DNA of 64,000 nt. Source: Cryobacterium sp. (GTDB taxonomy: Bacteria; Actinomycetota; Actinomycetes; Actinomycetales; Microbacteriaceae). The stretch covers positions 201 through 64,200 of the forward strand of contig JAHBST010000002.1 of NCBI GenBank assembly GCA_019638975.1, read 5' to 3'. The notes beneath the pieces are model-generated. The model was not told where the DNA came from and made no database searches. It saw only the letters and a program-made list of their open reading frames with translations. Positions 31,743-41,648 of the stretch are shown piece by piece. Made by a program: the position numbers and the translations under genes. The first letter of the stretch is position 1. Each line of letters starts with the position of its first letter.

Positions 31743-32781
31743 GTGCCCCGCCAGCGCGCGGGATCTCCAGCCACAGCTCGACCTGGTCCCCCTCGTCGTC
31801 CTCGTCCGCCCGGCCGAGGGCGCTCGCGTTGCCGTCGTCGGTGCTCGTGAGCCCCACGACGGTGACCGCGACGTCCGAACCATCCGGAACCGTCCTCGCG
31901 ATCACGCGATCCGAATCCGTGTTCTTGAGCGCGTCCGCGAGACTGTTCAGCACTCGCTCGAGTTCGGCATCGGAAAGTTCATCGATACCGCCCTCATCCA
32001 GAAGTGTCACGATCGCCCCGCGGCGCCTCGCGCGCATGACCTGATCCCGAACGCGATTATTGAGAAGTTTGCGACCGCGGATCTCGTCGCGGATGGCGGC
32101 CTCGAGGTATACGCACTCGCGGCGCTGTTCCTCGGTGAGGTCCCCGTGTCGAGACACGATTTGCCTCAGCATCGGCAGCGCCATCCGATTCGTCTGGCGA
32201 AGACGGAATTGCCTCTCGAACAAGTGCGCCTCTTGCGCGGCTTGCCAGTCCGCCGCCTCGCGCTCGGCAACGACGTATTGCGCCGCATCCTTACCGATTC
32301 GGGCCAAGGAAATGGACAAAACGTGAGACACGGCGACCCAGACGAGGCTGCCGACGACGCCGAGCGTTGCGAGCGCCCCGACCCCCGCCCAGACTGCGGT
32401 CTGCACCGCCAGGAAAGCGACACCCGCCCACGCGAAGGAGTGCCTACGCCGCGTCGAGGTGATGACCATGAGAGTTCCGACGGCCGCCGGATACCACGTC
32501 GAGTAGTCCGAACCCACGCGGAGCGGATCGAGTTGGGCGGTCACGAGAAGCGGAAGCGCAATGCACACGGCCACGTTGAACGCGGCCATCCAGATCGGCA
32601 TGCGGGAATTCTTCGACGGCCACAGACTGATGAGCGTGGCAATCGCGTACAGGATCATCGCCGCGATGTACGGCACCTTGTCACGCGGGACCTGAATCGA
32701 GTAGACGGCGAGCAAAAGGTGGTAGCCCGAGAACACCGCCGCGAGCGCGACGATGATGTAGCGGGGAATCGAGATGACCAT
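31735..32781 (-). CDS. Membrane protein, degenerate sensor-kinase-like (pseudokinase)
   Basis: 5-6 TMs plus coiled coil and a remnant ATPase-like tail, but no HD H-box or DxGxG; 1-nt overlap with the upstream kinase. Confidence 0.7.
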   Translation of the reverse strand: MVISIPRYIIVALAAVFSGYHLLLAVYSIQVPRDKVPYIAAMILYAIATLISLWPSKNSRMPIWMAAFNVAVCIALPLLVTAQLDPLRVGSDYSTWYPAAVGTLMVITSTRRRHSFAWAGVAFLAVQTAVWAGVGALATLGVVGSLVWVAVSHVLSISLARIGKDAAQYVVAEREAADWQAAQEAHLFERQFRLRQTNRMALPMLRQIVSRHGDLTEEQRRECVYLEAAIRDEIRGRKLLNNRVRDQVMRARRRGAIVTLLDEGGIDELSDAELERVLNSLADALKNTDSDRVIARTVPDGSDVAVTVVGLTSTDDGNASALGRADEDDEGDQVELWLEIPRAGGAQK

Positions 32782-34049
32782 CAGTCGGCACGCCCCTCGA
32801 TCTCGATGTCGGCGTCAGTCTCGGCGTCGGCGTCGGGCCAGCGGATGCTGACGACCGTGCCCTCTCCCGGCCCTGATGCGATGTCGGCCCTGCCCCCCGC
32901 GCTCGCGACCCGCTCGACGATCGAGACCCGAAGACCCAGGCGCCCGACCGGCACGTCATCCGGGTCGAACCCCGCGCCCGTGTCGCCGATCTCGATGTCG
33001 AGCCCGTCGGCGCCGACGCCCGTGATGCGCAACCAGCGGTCGACGGAATCGTCCTTCCCGGCGTGCTGCAGACTGTTGACCATCGCTTGCACGGATGCGG
33101 AATACAACGCTTCGGCAACTTGCACCGTCACGTTCCCGGCGCCGACGCCCTGAACCCGCGCAGTGATCGGCGCTGACAGGGTTTCCGCCGCACCCGTGAT
33201 GCGGCTCGCCAATTGTTCGACGCTGACGAGAGAGTCGTCATCCGGAGAAGCTGCGGCGGCCTCGCGCAAGTGGCCGATCGCGTTGCTCGCCATGGTCGCC
33301 GACAGCTCCATGGCATCCGGAGAGAACGCGCGCGCAGCCGAAATCAGCGTCGTGAGGACGCTGTCGTGCACGATCGAGTCGACTTGGACTCTCTCGACCT
33401 CCGTTGCGTGATGACGAATGGCGTTCGAGTATCGCGCGAGCGCCGTCGCTTGCGCGGCATCCACGGAAGCCGCGGCGCCCCGCAATAGCGTGATGATCAT
33501 GAGCACCGCGCCGCCCAGCAGAATCGCGTAGACGGTATCGAGGGCGGCGAGATCCCACGGGGCGCCGCCGCCCGAAGGAGTCAATCGGATGACGCCGTAC
33601 ACGGTCGGCGCGAGCACGAGGTAGAACGCGGCGGCCCACGTGGAAAGCGCGATCGCCGCGGCAGCGGTGGCGACGGTGCAGAGGAACCAAAGCCACGGGC
33701 GTTCTTTCGCGACGGCTGTCGGATCCACGACGGCGAGCGGCCACGTCCCGATCGCGATGAGGTAGGCGACAAGGATCCAGATGTTGATTCCCCGCACGAA
33801 CCGCCGCACCATCGCGGCAAGGACGCTCACGAGGAGCCCGCCGAGAATCGCCACGTTGTAACCCCAGAACCAGACGGGCTGCAAGACGCCGACCTGGCCG
33901 AGCATTACGGGAAACGTCTGCGCGCCGAACAACAGGCCGAAGAAAGCAACCGACCGGGAGGCCACCACCTCCATTTGCGAGCGACTGATGGGCCTCCGCT
34001 GAAGCCTCGGCGGCGCCGTCGACTCGACGCTAGTCGTCATCTCCGCCAT
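32781..34049 (-). CDS. Membrane sensor histidine kinase (HisKA_3/NarX-like, HATPase_c)
   Basis: TM region, IVHDSVLTTL H-box, NSLQHA N-box, IGDTGAGFD, RLGLRVSI, PGEGT. Confidence 0.88.
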   Translation of the reverse strand: MAEMTTSVESTAPPRLQRRPISRSQMEVVASRSVAFFGLLFGAQTFPVMLGQVGVLQPVWFWGYNVAILGGLLVSVLAAMVRRFVRGINIWILVAYLIAIGTWPLAVVDPTAVAKERPWLWFLCTVATAAAAIALSTWAAAFYLVLAPTVYGVIRLTPSGGGAPWDLAALDTVYAILLGGAVLMIITLLRGAAASVDAAQATALARYSNAIRHHATEVERVQVDSIVHDSVLTTLISAARAFSPDAMELSATMASNAIGHLREAAAASPDDDSLVSVEQLASRITGAAETLSAPITARVQGVGAGNVTVQVAEALYSASVQAMVNSLQHAGKDDSVDRWLRITGVGADGLDIEIGDTGAGFDPDDVPVGRLGLRVSIVERVASAGGRADIASGPGEGTVVSIRWPDADAETDADIEIEGRAD

Positions 34050-34734
34050 CGGGATCCAGGCCAGGCAAAATACCGTCCTCCACAGCCCGTCGCAACAGAT
34101 CGACCTTGGTGGGCGCCGGTCGCCCCACCTCGATGTACTTGAGCCGGATTCGATCGAGGTATTCGCGAGCCGTCGCGTACCCGATCCCGAGTTTCTCCGC
34201 GGCGAGCTTCAAAGGAAGTCCCGACGCGTACAAGTGCAGGATTTCGCGCTCGCGCCGGCCGAGTTGCGCTTTCGAGAAGTCGCGATCCGCATCGATCGCC
34301 GTCGCCCATTCGAGATTGTTGAGGACGTCACCGCGGGCGACCGTCGCCGCGGCGGACAGCACGGTCTTCGTCGCGGAGGATTTGGGGATCACCCCGGCGG
34401 CTCCGGCCGCGAGCGCCTCCCGTACGAGCGCCACGCGATCCGCGATGCTGTGAATGAGCACAGCGCATCCGGTCGCCTGAATCGACTTCACGTTCTCCGT
34501 GACGGTCGAACCGTCGCCAAGCGAGAGGTCGAGCACGACGACGTCGCACTCGCGACTGCCGAGATTCGCAACGAATTCGTCGACCGACGCCGCCGCCAGA
34601 ACGAAGTCGAACCCCGCATCGATGAACGCCGCCTTGAGACCGAGCCGCACGGATTCGTGGTCGTCGACGACGCCGACACGCACACCGTGCCGGGTAGTGT
34701 CGGTCGCCGACTCGTTTTCTACCGTGAGTTGCAT
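34030..34734 (-). CDS. NarL/LuxR family response regulator
   Basis: VVDDHESVRLG, VVLDLSLGD, VIPKS, C-terminal HTH REREILHLYASG...YLDRIRLKY. Confidence 0.93.
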   Translation of the reverse strand: MQLTVENESATDTTRHGVRVGVVDDHESVRLGLKAAFIDAGFDFVLAAASVDEFVANLGSRECDVVVLDLSLGDGSTVTENVKSIQATGCAVLIHSIADRVALVREALAAGAAGVIPKSSATKTVLSAAATVARGDVLNNLEWATAIDADRDFSKAQLGRREREILHLYASGLPLKLAAEKLGIGYATAREYLDRIRLKYIEVGRPAPTKVDLLRRAVEDGILPGLDPDGGDDD

Positions 34735-34808
34735 GACGTGATCCTGTTCTCCCGGGCGTGACTACATCTTAATGGCTTCGAAGCGACGACAGCCGGTAGA
34801 GTCTGCAC

Positions 34809-36722
34809 ATGATTTCCCGGATAGTGAAGTCTGTCCTCGCGGCCGGCGTCGTCGCGCTCGCTCTCGCTGGTTGCTCCGGAAGTTTCGGCACGGGTGAAGA
34901 AACCATCCGAAATTTCGACATCCACTACACGATCGAAGTCGGCGGAAAGGTTCATGTCGTCGAAACGATCGACTACGATTTCGCCGGTTCGGATGACCGT
35001 CACGGCATCGACCGCTTCCTCGCATCGCGCTTCCAGACGGATGCGCAGGGACGGGATCGCGTCTATCGCTACACCGTCACGAAAGTGTCGAGCCCCACGG
35101 GGGCGAGCGCTCTGTACTCGACGACCCGCGGGAACGACCTGCAGATTCGCATCGGAAACGCCAACGCACACGTGAACGGCCGCCAGACCTATGTGATCCG
35201 GTACGACATCGACGGTGCCCTGAACCGCGCTCTCCAGGAGGACGGCAGTTACCGGGACGAGTTCTACTGGAACGCGACAGGCAGCTATTGGGATCCGGAC
35301 ATCCTGCACACGAGCGTCACCGTGGACGGTCCTGCCGCGGTCGAGTCCGTCGCGTGCTTCGCGGGATACGACGGGACACAGGACCCCTGCTCGCGCTCGA
35401 GCGCAACCGGCACGACCGCGAACTTCGAGTCGACGACGCTCAGCAGCTACCAGGGACTCACGATCGATGTGGCGTGGCCGGACGGCACGTTCGCCAACAC
35501 GGATCCGATCATCGAACCGAGCCTGCCGGCGGACTTCACGCCAGTCGTCAGCGGATCGAACGACGGGCCCGACCCGTTCTGGAACCCGTGGAACTGGGGG
35601 ACGGGTCTCGGGCTGCTCGTCGGCATTCCGCTCGCATTCCAGTTGCTCGTCGTCGCGCGCCGACGCGACCGCAAATTCGTCGGCGTCACTCCGGGCCAGA
35701 TCCCCGCACAGGCCGACACCGCCGAAGTGGGAATCGCCGACAAGGACGAGACGATCGTGGTCCAGTATCAGCCGCCGAAAGGGCTGCCCGTCGGCGCTGC
35801 ACGCACGATCCTCGACAAGAAGCGCAAGAACGCCGACATCACGGCTACCCTCATCGACCTCGCCGTTCGCGGCTACCTGCGAATCGAGGAAGTGGAAGGC
35901 GGCAACAAGCACAAAGCGAAGGACTATCGACTCGTCTCGACCCCGGATCGGGCGGAACAGAAGAAGGCGGCAGCCCTCCCGGGAAGTCCGAACGCCGCGG
36001 AACTCCTCCCCCACGAAACACTCTTGCTCGGAAGCCTTTTCCCGGCATACCGCGACACGGTCAAGCTCTCGAGCCTCACCAACACTTTCGCGTCCGACAT
36101 GCGGGCGATCGTGAAATCCCTCGACACCTGGATCGGACATCAGGGCTATTTCATCGACAAGATCAACACGACGCATCCGCTCATTTCGTGGAGCCTTCTC
36201 GTCGGCGTCGGCGGATTCATGGTCTCCACATTCTTCGACGGAGCGTTCAGCCTCATTCCGATCGGGCTCGCGGCGGGCGGATTCCTTACGCTCAGTCGCG
36301 CATCCAAGGCGGCACGTCGCAGCGCCCTCGGCCACGCCGTCTACGTGCAGCTCGCCGGATTCAAGGAGTACATCGCGACGGCCGAAGCCGACCGCATCCG
36401 GTTCGACGAGGGTGACGACGTCTTCAGTCGCTACATGCCGTGGGCGATGGTGTTCGGCGAGGCCGAGCGGTGGTCGAAAGTGTTCGCCGAACTCGTCGCG
36501 GAAGGCAAGGTTCAGCCGAATCCGGACTGGTACGTGGGCAGCGCCGGATTCCGTGCCGGATATCTCTCCAGCACCGTCGCCTCGATCGCCTCCATCGGCT
36601 CCGCAGTCAACAGTTTCACGAGCATGGCCACGTCATCCTTCACCTCGACGCCGGGTTCCAGCGGCGGTTCGGGCGGTGGAGGCGGCGGAGGCGGCGGCGG
36701 GGGTGGCGGCGGAAGCTGGTAG
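34809..36722 (+). CDS. DUF2207 family membrane (lipo)protein
   Basis: LAGC lipobox, VETIDYDF, HGIDR, EFYWNATG, ATLIDLAVRGYL, YMPWAMVFG, terminal GGGGGGSW. Confidence 0.9.
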   Translation: MISRIVKSVLAAGVVALALAGCSGSFGTGEETIRNFDIHYTIEVGGKVHVVETIDYDFAGSDDRHGIDRFLASRFQTDAQGRDRVYRYTVTKVSSPTGASALYSTTRGNDLQIRIGNANAHVNGRQTYVIRYDIDGALNRALQEDGSYRDEFYWNATGSYWDPDILHTSVTVDGPAAVESVACFAGYDGTQDPCSRSSATGTTANFESTTLSSYQGLTIDVAWPDGTFANTDPIIEPSLPADFTPVVSGSNDGPDPFWNPWNWGTGLGLLVGIPLAFQLLVVARRRDRKFVGVTPGQIPAQADTAEVGIADKDETIVVQYQPPKGLPVGAARTILDKKRKNADITATLIDLAVRGYLRIEEVEGGNKHKAKDYRLVSTPDRAEQKKAAALPGSPNAAELLPHETLLLGSLFPAYRDTVKLSSLTNTFASDMRAIVKSLDTWIGHQGYFIDKINTTHPLISWSLLVGVGGFMVSTFFDGAFSLIPIGLAAGGFLTLSRASKAARRSALGHAVYVQLAGFKEYIATAEADRIRFDEGDDVFSRYMPWAMVFGEAERWSKVFAELVAEGKVQPNPDWYVGSAGFRAGYLSSTVASIASIGSAVNSFTSMATSSFTSTPGSSGGSGGGGGGGGGGGGGGSW

Positions 36723-36757
36723 CCACCGGATCGTGGCGTGGGGCGCCGAAACCGAGG

Positions 36758-37990
36758 TCACTCGCGAATGAGTGACGCGACGGTTTCGACGTGGTGGGTG
36801 TTCGGGAAAAGATCGAAGGCCCGGATGCGCTCGAGCCGATAGCCGGCGAAAGCGAAGAGAGCGAGATCGCGTGCGAGTGCCACCGGATCGCACGCGACAT
36901 ACACGATCTGCGCCGGTCCGAGCGCCGCAAGATCATTCACGACCGTCCGTCCGGCGCCGGATCTCGGCGGGTCGAGCACGACGCTCGATCGAGCGAACGA
37001 ACCGATCCCCGCGTTCTTCCGCTCGGTGCGCCGCTGCGCGAGGAAACGATCCACTCGCGCTGTCACGGCATCGAACTTCTGCCAGCCGGAGAGATTCTCG
37101 CGAGCGAACTCGGTCGCCCGGGAATCGCTCTCCACCGTCGTGACGCGAACACCCGGGCCGAAGCGATCCCCCACCGCGGCCGCGAGAAGACCGACCCCGC
37201 CATACAGGTCGAGATTGGGGGCGTCAGGGTCGAACAGCTCCGGCCGAAGCGCCTCCTGCACGGCTGTCGTGAGCGAGGCGGCGGCCGACTCGTGAACTTG
37301 CCAGAAACCTCGAGGGTCGAGCCGGAACTCACGCTCGCCGACCCGCTCGACGACCGGTTGCGGTTCTCGATCTGCGCGGCGATCATCGCCCAGAACACGA
37401 ACCGGGCCGACGGAGGGTCCGACGACATCGACCGGACCGTCAGCGCGACCACTTTGCAGCGCCGCCCGTTCCACTTGAGGCGTCGCGAGCGGCAGATCGG
37501 AAACCCGAATGACGCGGTGCGAGCGCGCGGCGTACGGGCCGAGGGTTCCGTCCTCGGCCGCGTGCACGCGAACGCGCGTGCGCCATCCGGTGCCGTCCTC
37601 GCGCCCGGGGATCGCTTCCACCTCAACTGCCGACTCGATTCCGGCCATGCGCGAGAGCGCATCCGAGAGAACCTGCCGCTTGAGCTCGCGCTGATGCTCG
37701 GGTGTGATGTGGCCGAATTCGGCACCGCCCGCGCGGTCCTCGGGCGGCCGTTCGATGGACGCCGCCGACCACACGTGGTCCTGGCGGTGCGCGGATGCCT
37801 TGAGCACTTCCACCGTGTCGGCTCGCCAGAACTTCGCCTTCGAATCATCCGTGACTTTCGCCACGACCGTCTCGCCGGGGATCGCATCGGCCACGAAAAC
37901 CACGCGGCCCTCGTGGCGAGCGACCATCACGCCGCCGTGGGCTACGTTGGAGATCTCCAGCTCCACGAGTTGGCCCAACTGATCGCCCAT
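36758..37990 (-). CDS. TRAM-domain class I SAM-dependent RNA (uracil-5) methyltransferase
   Basis: VAHGG TRAM domain, FWQVH, DLYGGVGL, VLDPPRSG, YVACDP, DLFPNTHHVE; TAAACT 6 nt before ATG 37990. Confidence 0.93.
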   Translation of the reverse strand: MGDQLGQLVELEISNVAHGGVMVARHEGRVVFVADAIPGETVVAKVTDDSKAKFWRADTVEVLKASAHRQDHVWSAASIERPPEDRAGGAEFGHITPEHQRELKRQVLSDALSRMAGIESAVEVEAIPGREDGTGWRTRVRVHAAEDGTLGPYAARSHRVIRVSDLPLATPQVERAALQSGRADGPVDVVGPSVGPVRVLGDDRRADREPQPVVERVGEREFRLDPRGFWQVHESAAASLTTAVQEALRPELFDPDAPNLDLYGGVGLLAAAVGDRFGPGVRVTTVESDSRATEFARENLSGWQKFDAVTARVDRFLAQRRTERKNAGIGSFARSSVVLDPPRSGAGRTVVNDLAALGPAQIVYVACDPVALARDLALFAFAGYRLERIRAFDLFPNTHHVETVASLIRE

Positions 37991-38011
37991 GCCCACAGTT
38001 TAGGAGCCGCA

Positions 38012-38650
38012 GTGTCAGGACAAGCCGCGCTGCTGTACCTCGCCTCGACATCCCCTGCCCGACTCGCGACGCTCCGTGCCGCCGGAATCGAACCCGTGGT
38101 CGTGCCGTCCGGAGTGGATGAGGACGCGGTCGTGGCCGCCGCCGGACCGCTCATGGCAACCGAACTCGTCGAGTTGCTTGCTCGCGTCAAGGCGGAAGCA
38201 ATCACGTCCGGGGACGTCGACGGTTTCATCCTCGGCGGCGACTCGGTCTTCGAACTCGACGGCGCCATCTACGGGAAACCGCACACGGCGCTCGTCGCGC
38301 GGGAGCGGTGGAACCTGCAGCGGGGTCGAACCGGCACCCTCCACTCCGGCCACTGGTTGATCGACCATCGGGGCGGCGAGATTCGCGGTTCGGCCGGAGC
38401 CGTGTCGAGTGCACGCGTGAGCTTCGCCGACGATATCGCGGATGCCGAACTCGACGCGTACATCGCCACGGGCGAACCACTGCACGTCGCCGGCGCGTTC
38501 ACGATCGATTCGCTCGGGGCGCCGTTCATCACGAGCGTCGAAGGCGACCCGCACGCCGTGGTCGGATTGTCGCTCGCCACGCTCCGACGCTTGTTCCTCC
38601 AGTTCGACGTGCCGTGGCATTCCGTCACGACGTGGCGCGGGGTCGCATAA
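38012..38650 (+). CDS. maf: Maf family nucleoside triphosphate pyrophosphatase
   Basis: LYLASTSPAR, VDED, GGDS, GKP, GEPLHVAGAFTIDS, VVGLS. Confidence 0.93.
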   Translation: MSGQAALLYLASTSPARLATLRAAGIEPVVVPSGVDEDAVVAAAGPLMATELVELLARVKAEAITSGDVDGFILGGDSVFELDGAIYGKPHTALVARERWNLQRGRTGTLHSGHWLIDHRGGEIRGSAGAVSSARVSFADDIADAELDAYIATGEPLHVAGAFTIDSLGAPFITSVEGDPHAVVGLSLATLRRLFLQFDVPWHSVTTWRGVA

Positions 38651-38765
38651 TCGGACCAGTATTCCGCGTCGCACTCGCGCTACCACCCCGAATACAAGGA
38701 CATCCAACCTTATTTGTTGGTTGTCCCCAATGATCGATTCGAGAAGCGCAATAGGCTAAACAACT

Positions 38766-40517
38766 ATGCCCCGTATTTCCAAAGTCCTCATCGCCAATCG
38801 TGGAGAGATCGCCGTCCGGGTGATCCGGGCGGCCAAGGACAGCGGCATCGCATCCGTCGCCGTCTACGCGGACCAGGACCGCGACGCCCGACACGTCAAA
38901 CTCGCCGATGAGGCCTATGCGCTCGAGGGCGCCACGAGCGCCGAAACCTACCTCGTGATCGACAAGATCCTGTCGATCGCGCGGCGCTCGGGGGCGGATG
39001 CCGTGCACCCCGGTTACGGATTCCTGGCCGAGAATGCACAATTCGCGCAAGCCGTCATCGACGCCGGACTCATCTGGATCGGCCCGTCCCCTGACGCGAT
39101 CGAGAAGCTCGGGGACAAAGTGTCGGCTCGCCACATCGCCGAAAAGGTCGGAGCTCCCCTCGCCCCCGGCACGCTGAACCCCGTCGCGGATGCCTCGGAA
39201 GTGCTCGCCTTCGTCGACGAGCACGGATTGCCGGTCGCCATCAAGGCGGCGTTCGGCGGCGGCGGCCGCGGGTTGAAGGTCGCCCGCACGCGTGAGGAGA
39301 TTCCCGAGCTGTTCGAATCGGCAACGCGCGAAGCGATCGCCGCATTCGGCCGCGGAGAGTGCTTCGTCGAAAAGTATCTCGACAAGCCGCGCCACGTCGA
39401 GACTCAGTGCCTCGCCGACTCGTCGGGGAACGTCGTCGTGATCTCGACGCGAGACTGCTCCCTGCAGCGTCGGCACCAGAAACTCGTCGAGGAAGCGCCC
39501 GCGCCGTTCCTCACGGATGCCCAGGTCGAGCAGCTCTACACCTCGTCCAAGGCGATCTTGCGCGAGGTCGGCTACGTCGGCGCCGGCACGTGCGAGTTTC
39601 TCGTCGCATCCGACGGGACCATCTCCTTCCTCGAAGTGAACACGCGACTCCAGGTCGAGCATCCGGTATCCGAAGAAGTGACCGGAATCGATCTTGTTCG
39701 CGAGCAGTTCCGGATCGCCGAAGGCGGCATCCTCGACTATCCGGATCCGGCGCCGCAAGGACACTCGTTCGAGTTCCGCATCAACGGCGAAGACCCCGGG
39801 CTCAACTTCATGCCGACCCCGGGGCCGGTCAGCGTGTTGCGTTTTCCCGGCGGCCCCGGCGTGCGCGTCGACAGCGGCGTCACGACGGGCGACGTGATCG
39901 GCGGGGCGTTCGACTCCTTGCTCGCGAAACTCATCGTCACGGGTTCGAGCCGGGAGGACGCCCTCGAGCGATCTCGCCGCGCGCTCGACGAATTCGAGGT
40001 CGCCGGCCTGCCCACGGTGTTGCCGTTCCACCGCAAGATCGTGCGGGATCCGGCCTTCACGTCGGAGCCGTTCAGCGTCTACACGCGATGGATCGAGACC
40101 GATTTCGACAATGACATCGAACCGTGGAGCGGATCGCTTCCGGATGCCGCACCCGTCGTTGCGCGGCAGAACGTCGTCGTCGAAGTGGGCGGCAAGCGCA
40201 TCGAAGTTTCCCTCCCGGCCCGGATGCTCGGCACCGCGGCGGCGGCGAGCGCGGTCGTGCCGCCGCGCCGGAACGCGGGAACCGTCGCAGCGACGGCGAC
40301 GGGCGATTCGGTGAAGGCGCCGATGCAGGCGACGATCGTGAAACTCGCGGTCGCCGAGGGTGATCGCGTCGTGAAGGGCGACCTCGTGCTCGTGCTCGAG
40401 GCCATGAAGATGGAGCAACCGCTCACGGCGCACAAGGATGGAACGATAGCGAACGTCAACGCGACGGTCGGCGCGACGGTCTCGTCGGGCCACGTACTCC
40501 TCACTATCACCGACTAA
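38766..40517 (+). CDS. bccA: Acetyl/propionyl-CoA carboxylase alpha subunit (biotin carboxylase + BCCP, AccA3/BccA type)
   Basis: [45 protein letters not shown] biotinylation motif. Confidence 0.95.
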   Translation: MPRISKVLIANRGEIAVRVIRAAKDSGIASVAVYADQDRDARHVKLADEAYALEGATSAETYLVIDKILSIARRSGADAVHPGYGFLAENAQFAQAVIDAGLIWIGPSPDAIEKLGDKVSARHIAEKVGAPLAPGTLNPVADASEVLAFVDEHGLPVAIKAAFGGGGRGLKVARTREEIPELFESATREAIAAFGRGECFVEKYLDKPRHVETQCLADSSGNVVVISTRDCSLQRRHQKLVEEAPAPFLTDAQVEQLYTSSKAILREVGYVGAGTCEFLVASDGTISFLEVNTRLQVEHPVSEEVTGIDLVREQFRIAEGGILDYPDPAPQGHSFEFRINGEDPGLNFMPTPGPVSVLRFPGGPGVRVDSGVTTGDVIGGAFDSLLAKLIVTGSSREDALERSRRALDEFEVAGLPTVLPFHRKIVRDPAFTSEPFSVYTRWIETDFDNDIEPWSGSLPDAAPVVARQNVVVEVGGKRIEVSLPARMLGTAAAASAVVPPRRNAGTVAATATGDSVKAPMQATIVKLAVAEGDRVVKGDLVLVLEAMKMEQPLTAHKDGTIANVNATVGATVSSGHVLLTITD

Positions 40518-40614
40518 TGACTTTCATCATTCAGGAGGTCGTGGGGCAGGAGTTAACTGGGGTTGGGATGAACAGTCACTCCTGCCCCACGACCTCCTGA
40601 ATGATGAAAGTCAT
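40517..40614. repeat. 98-bp palindrome (REP/MITE-like), copy 1
   Basis: Perfect 37-bp inverted repeat ATGACTTTCATCATTCAGGAGGTCGTGGGGCAGGAGT (40517-40553 / 40578-40614) with a 24-nt spacer. Confidence 0.95.
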
Positions 40615-41498
40615 GCGCCACGGGACACGGCGGCGCGAACCTCGCTCAAGCATCCCGGCCAGTCGCCGAAAATTCGATCGAACGGCAAGCGCACGACCAC
40701 GAATCTCCAGGCGGAAAGCGCCGCGTCTCGGGACTGGTCTCGCAGTTTCGCTTCGCTCGAACCGTGAAACGCCTCACTATCCACCTCGACGATCACTCGA
40801 GTGCCCGTGAGCCGCATGTCGACCCGCATCCCCGGAAATTGCAGTTGTTGAACGACATCAAACCCCGCCGCGGTCAGGCGTTGCCGAACGATCGACTCCG
40901 ACCCCGACTCGCTTCCGTCCCGGCTCGCGCGAACTCTAAGGCGAGCGGATGCCGGTGCCTCGGCGAACAACCAGTCCAGCATCCTCGTGGACAGGCCAAG
41001 CTTCGTTCGAGCGGTGTCGAGGCACGCGATCGACGTCTCGGCATCCGCCCACGACACGATTTGCCGAAGACACGTGCCCAGGGGCACGCGCCAGCATTCG
41101 GGACCCAGTTCCGGGACGGCACCGTCGACCAGCCAGTGAAGCACGATTTCGCGGTCTGAGAAGTCAGGGGTGAGTCGATCGGGATCGAGCGCCGGCGCGA
41201 AGTTCGTGCGCAGTCGTGACGAGTTGTTGCCCACCGAGACGTGCAATCGTTGATCGAGTCCGTACCAAAGCCCGTAAGACTTGGCGGCGCTGGGACCCGC
41301 CAATTGTCCCCCGACTCGGGTCGCTGCGATGGCATCCGTCGACGCCCCGGGTGTTGCGTACCTCGCTTGCCGCACCCGCCACAAGGCAGCACGACGAACG
41401 GCGATTGTCAGATCGGAGCCGCTGCATCCCGCAGCAATGAGTTGCTGTCGCGTTGCGATGTGGCCGAGCGATTCGACGACGAGTGCGGGATCTGGCAC
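40611..41498 (-). CDS. AbiEi-like N-terminal domain + DUF559 (Vsr-like) endonuclease domain protein
   Basis: GHIATRQQLIAAG...LWRVRQARYA N-terminus; SESGSE...RVD...VIVEVDSEAFH...RDQSRDAAL...VVRL C-terminus. Confidence 0.85.
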   Translation of the reverse strand: MPDPALVVESLGHIATRQQLIAAGCSGSDLTIAVRRAALWRVRQARYATPGASTDAIAATRVGGQLAGPSAAKSYGLWYGLDQRLHVSVGNNSSRLRTNFAPALDPDRLTPDFSDREIVLHWLVDGAVPELGPECWRVPLGTCLRQIVSWADAETSIACLDTARTKLGLSTRMLDWLFAEAPASARLRVRASRDGSESGSESIVRQRLTAAGFDVVQQLQFPGMRVDMRLTGTRVIVEVDSEAFHGSSEAKLRDQSRDAALSAWRFVVVRLPFDRIFGDWPGCLSEVRAAVSRGA

Positions 41499-41555
41499 AT
41501 GGCCACACTTGCGCGTCTGCCGGAGGGCGGGCGAAGATTCCCCCCGCTCCGGGTA

Positions 41556-41648
41556 CTTTCATTATTCAGGAGGTCGTGTGAACGAGTAGTGGGCCACTCG
41601 GGCCGCGAGTCACTCCAGCCACATGACCTCCTGAATGATGAAAGCCAT
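41556..41648. repeat. Palindrome copy 2 (same family)
   Basis: CTTTCATTATTCAGGAGGTCGTGTG (41556-41580) pairs with 41620-41644 with two G-T wobbles; 41607-41648 matches 40573-40614 at 37/42. Confidence 0.93.

Larger units (their letters stand above)
40517..41648. mobile_element. Putative non-canonical mobile cassette: palindrome - AbiEi/DUF559 gene - palindrome, flanked by TA
   Basis: Outer ends are inverted repeats of each other; TA at 40515-40516 and at 41649-41650; no DDE transposase. Mobility is inferred. Confidence 0.55.

Noticed and set aside
36655-36722. GGC-rich tandem repeat
   Set aside because: Encodes the normal poly-Gly tail of DUF2207 proteins.
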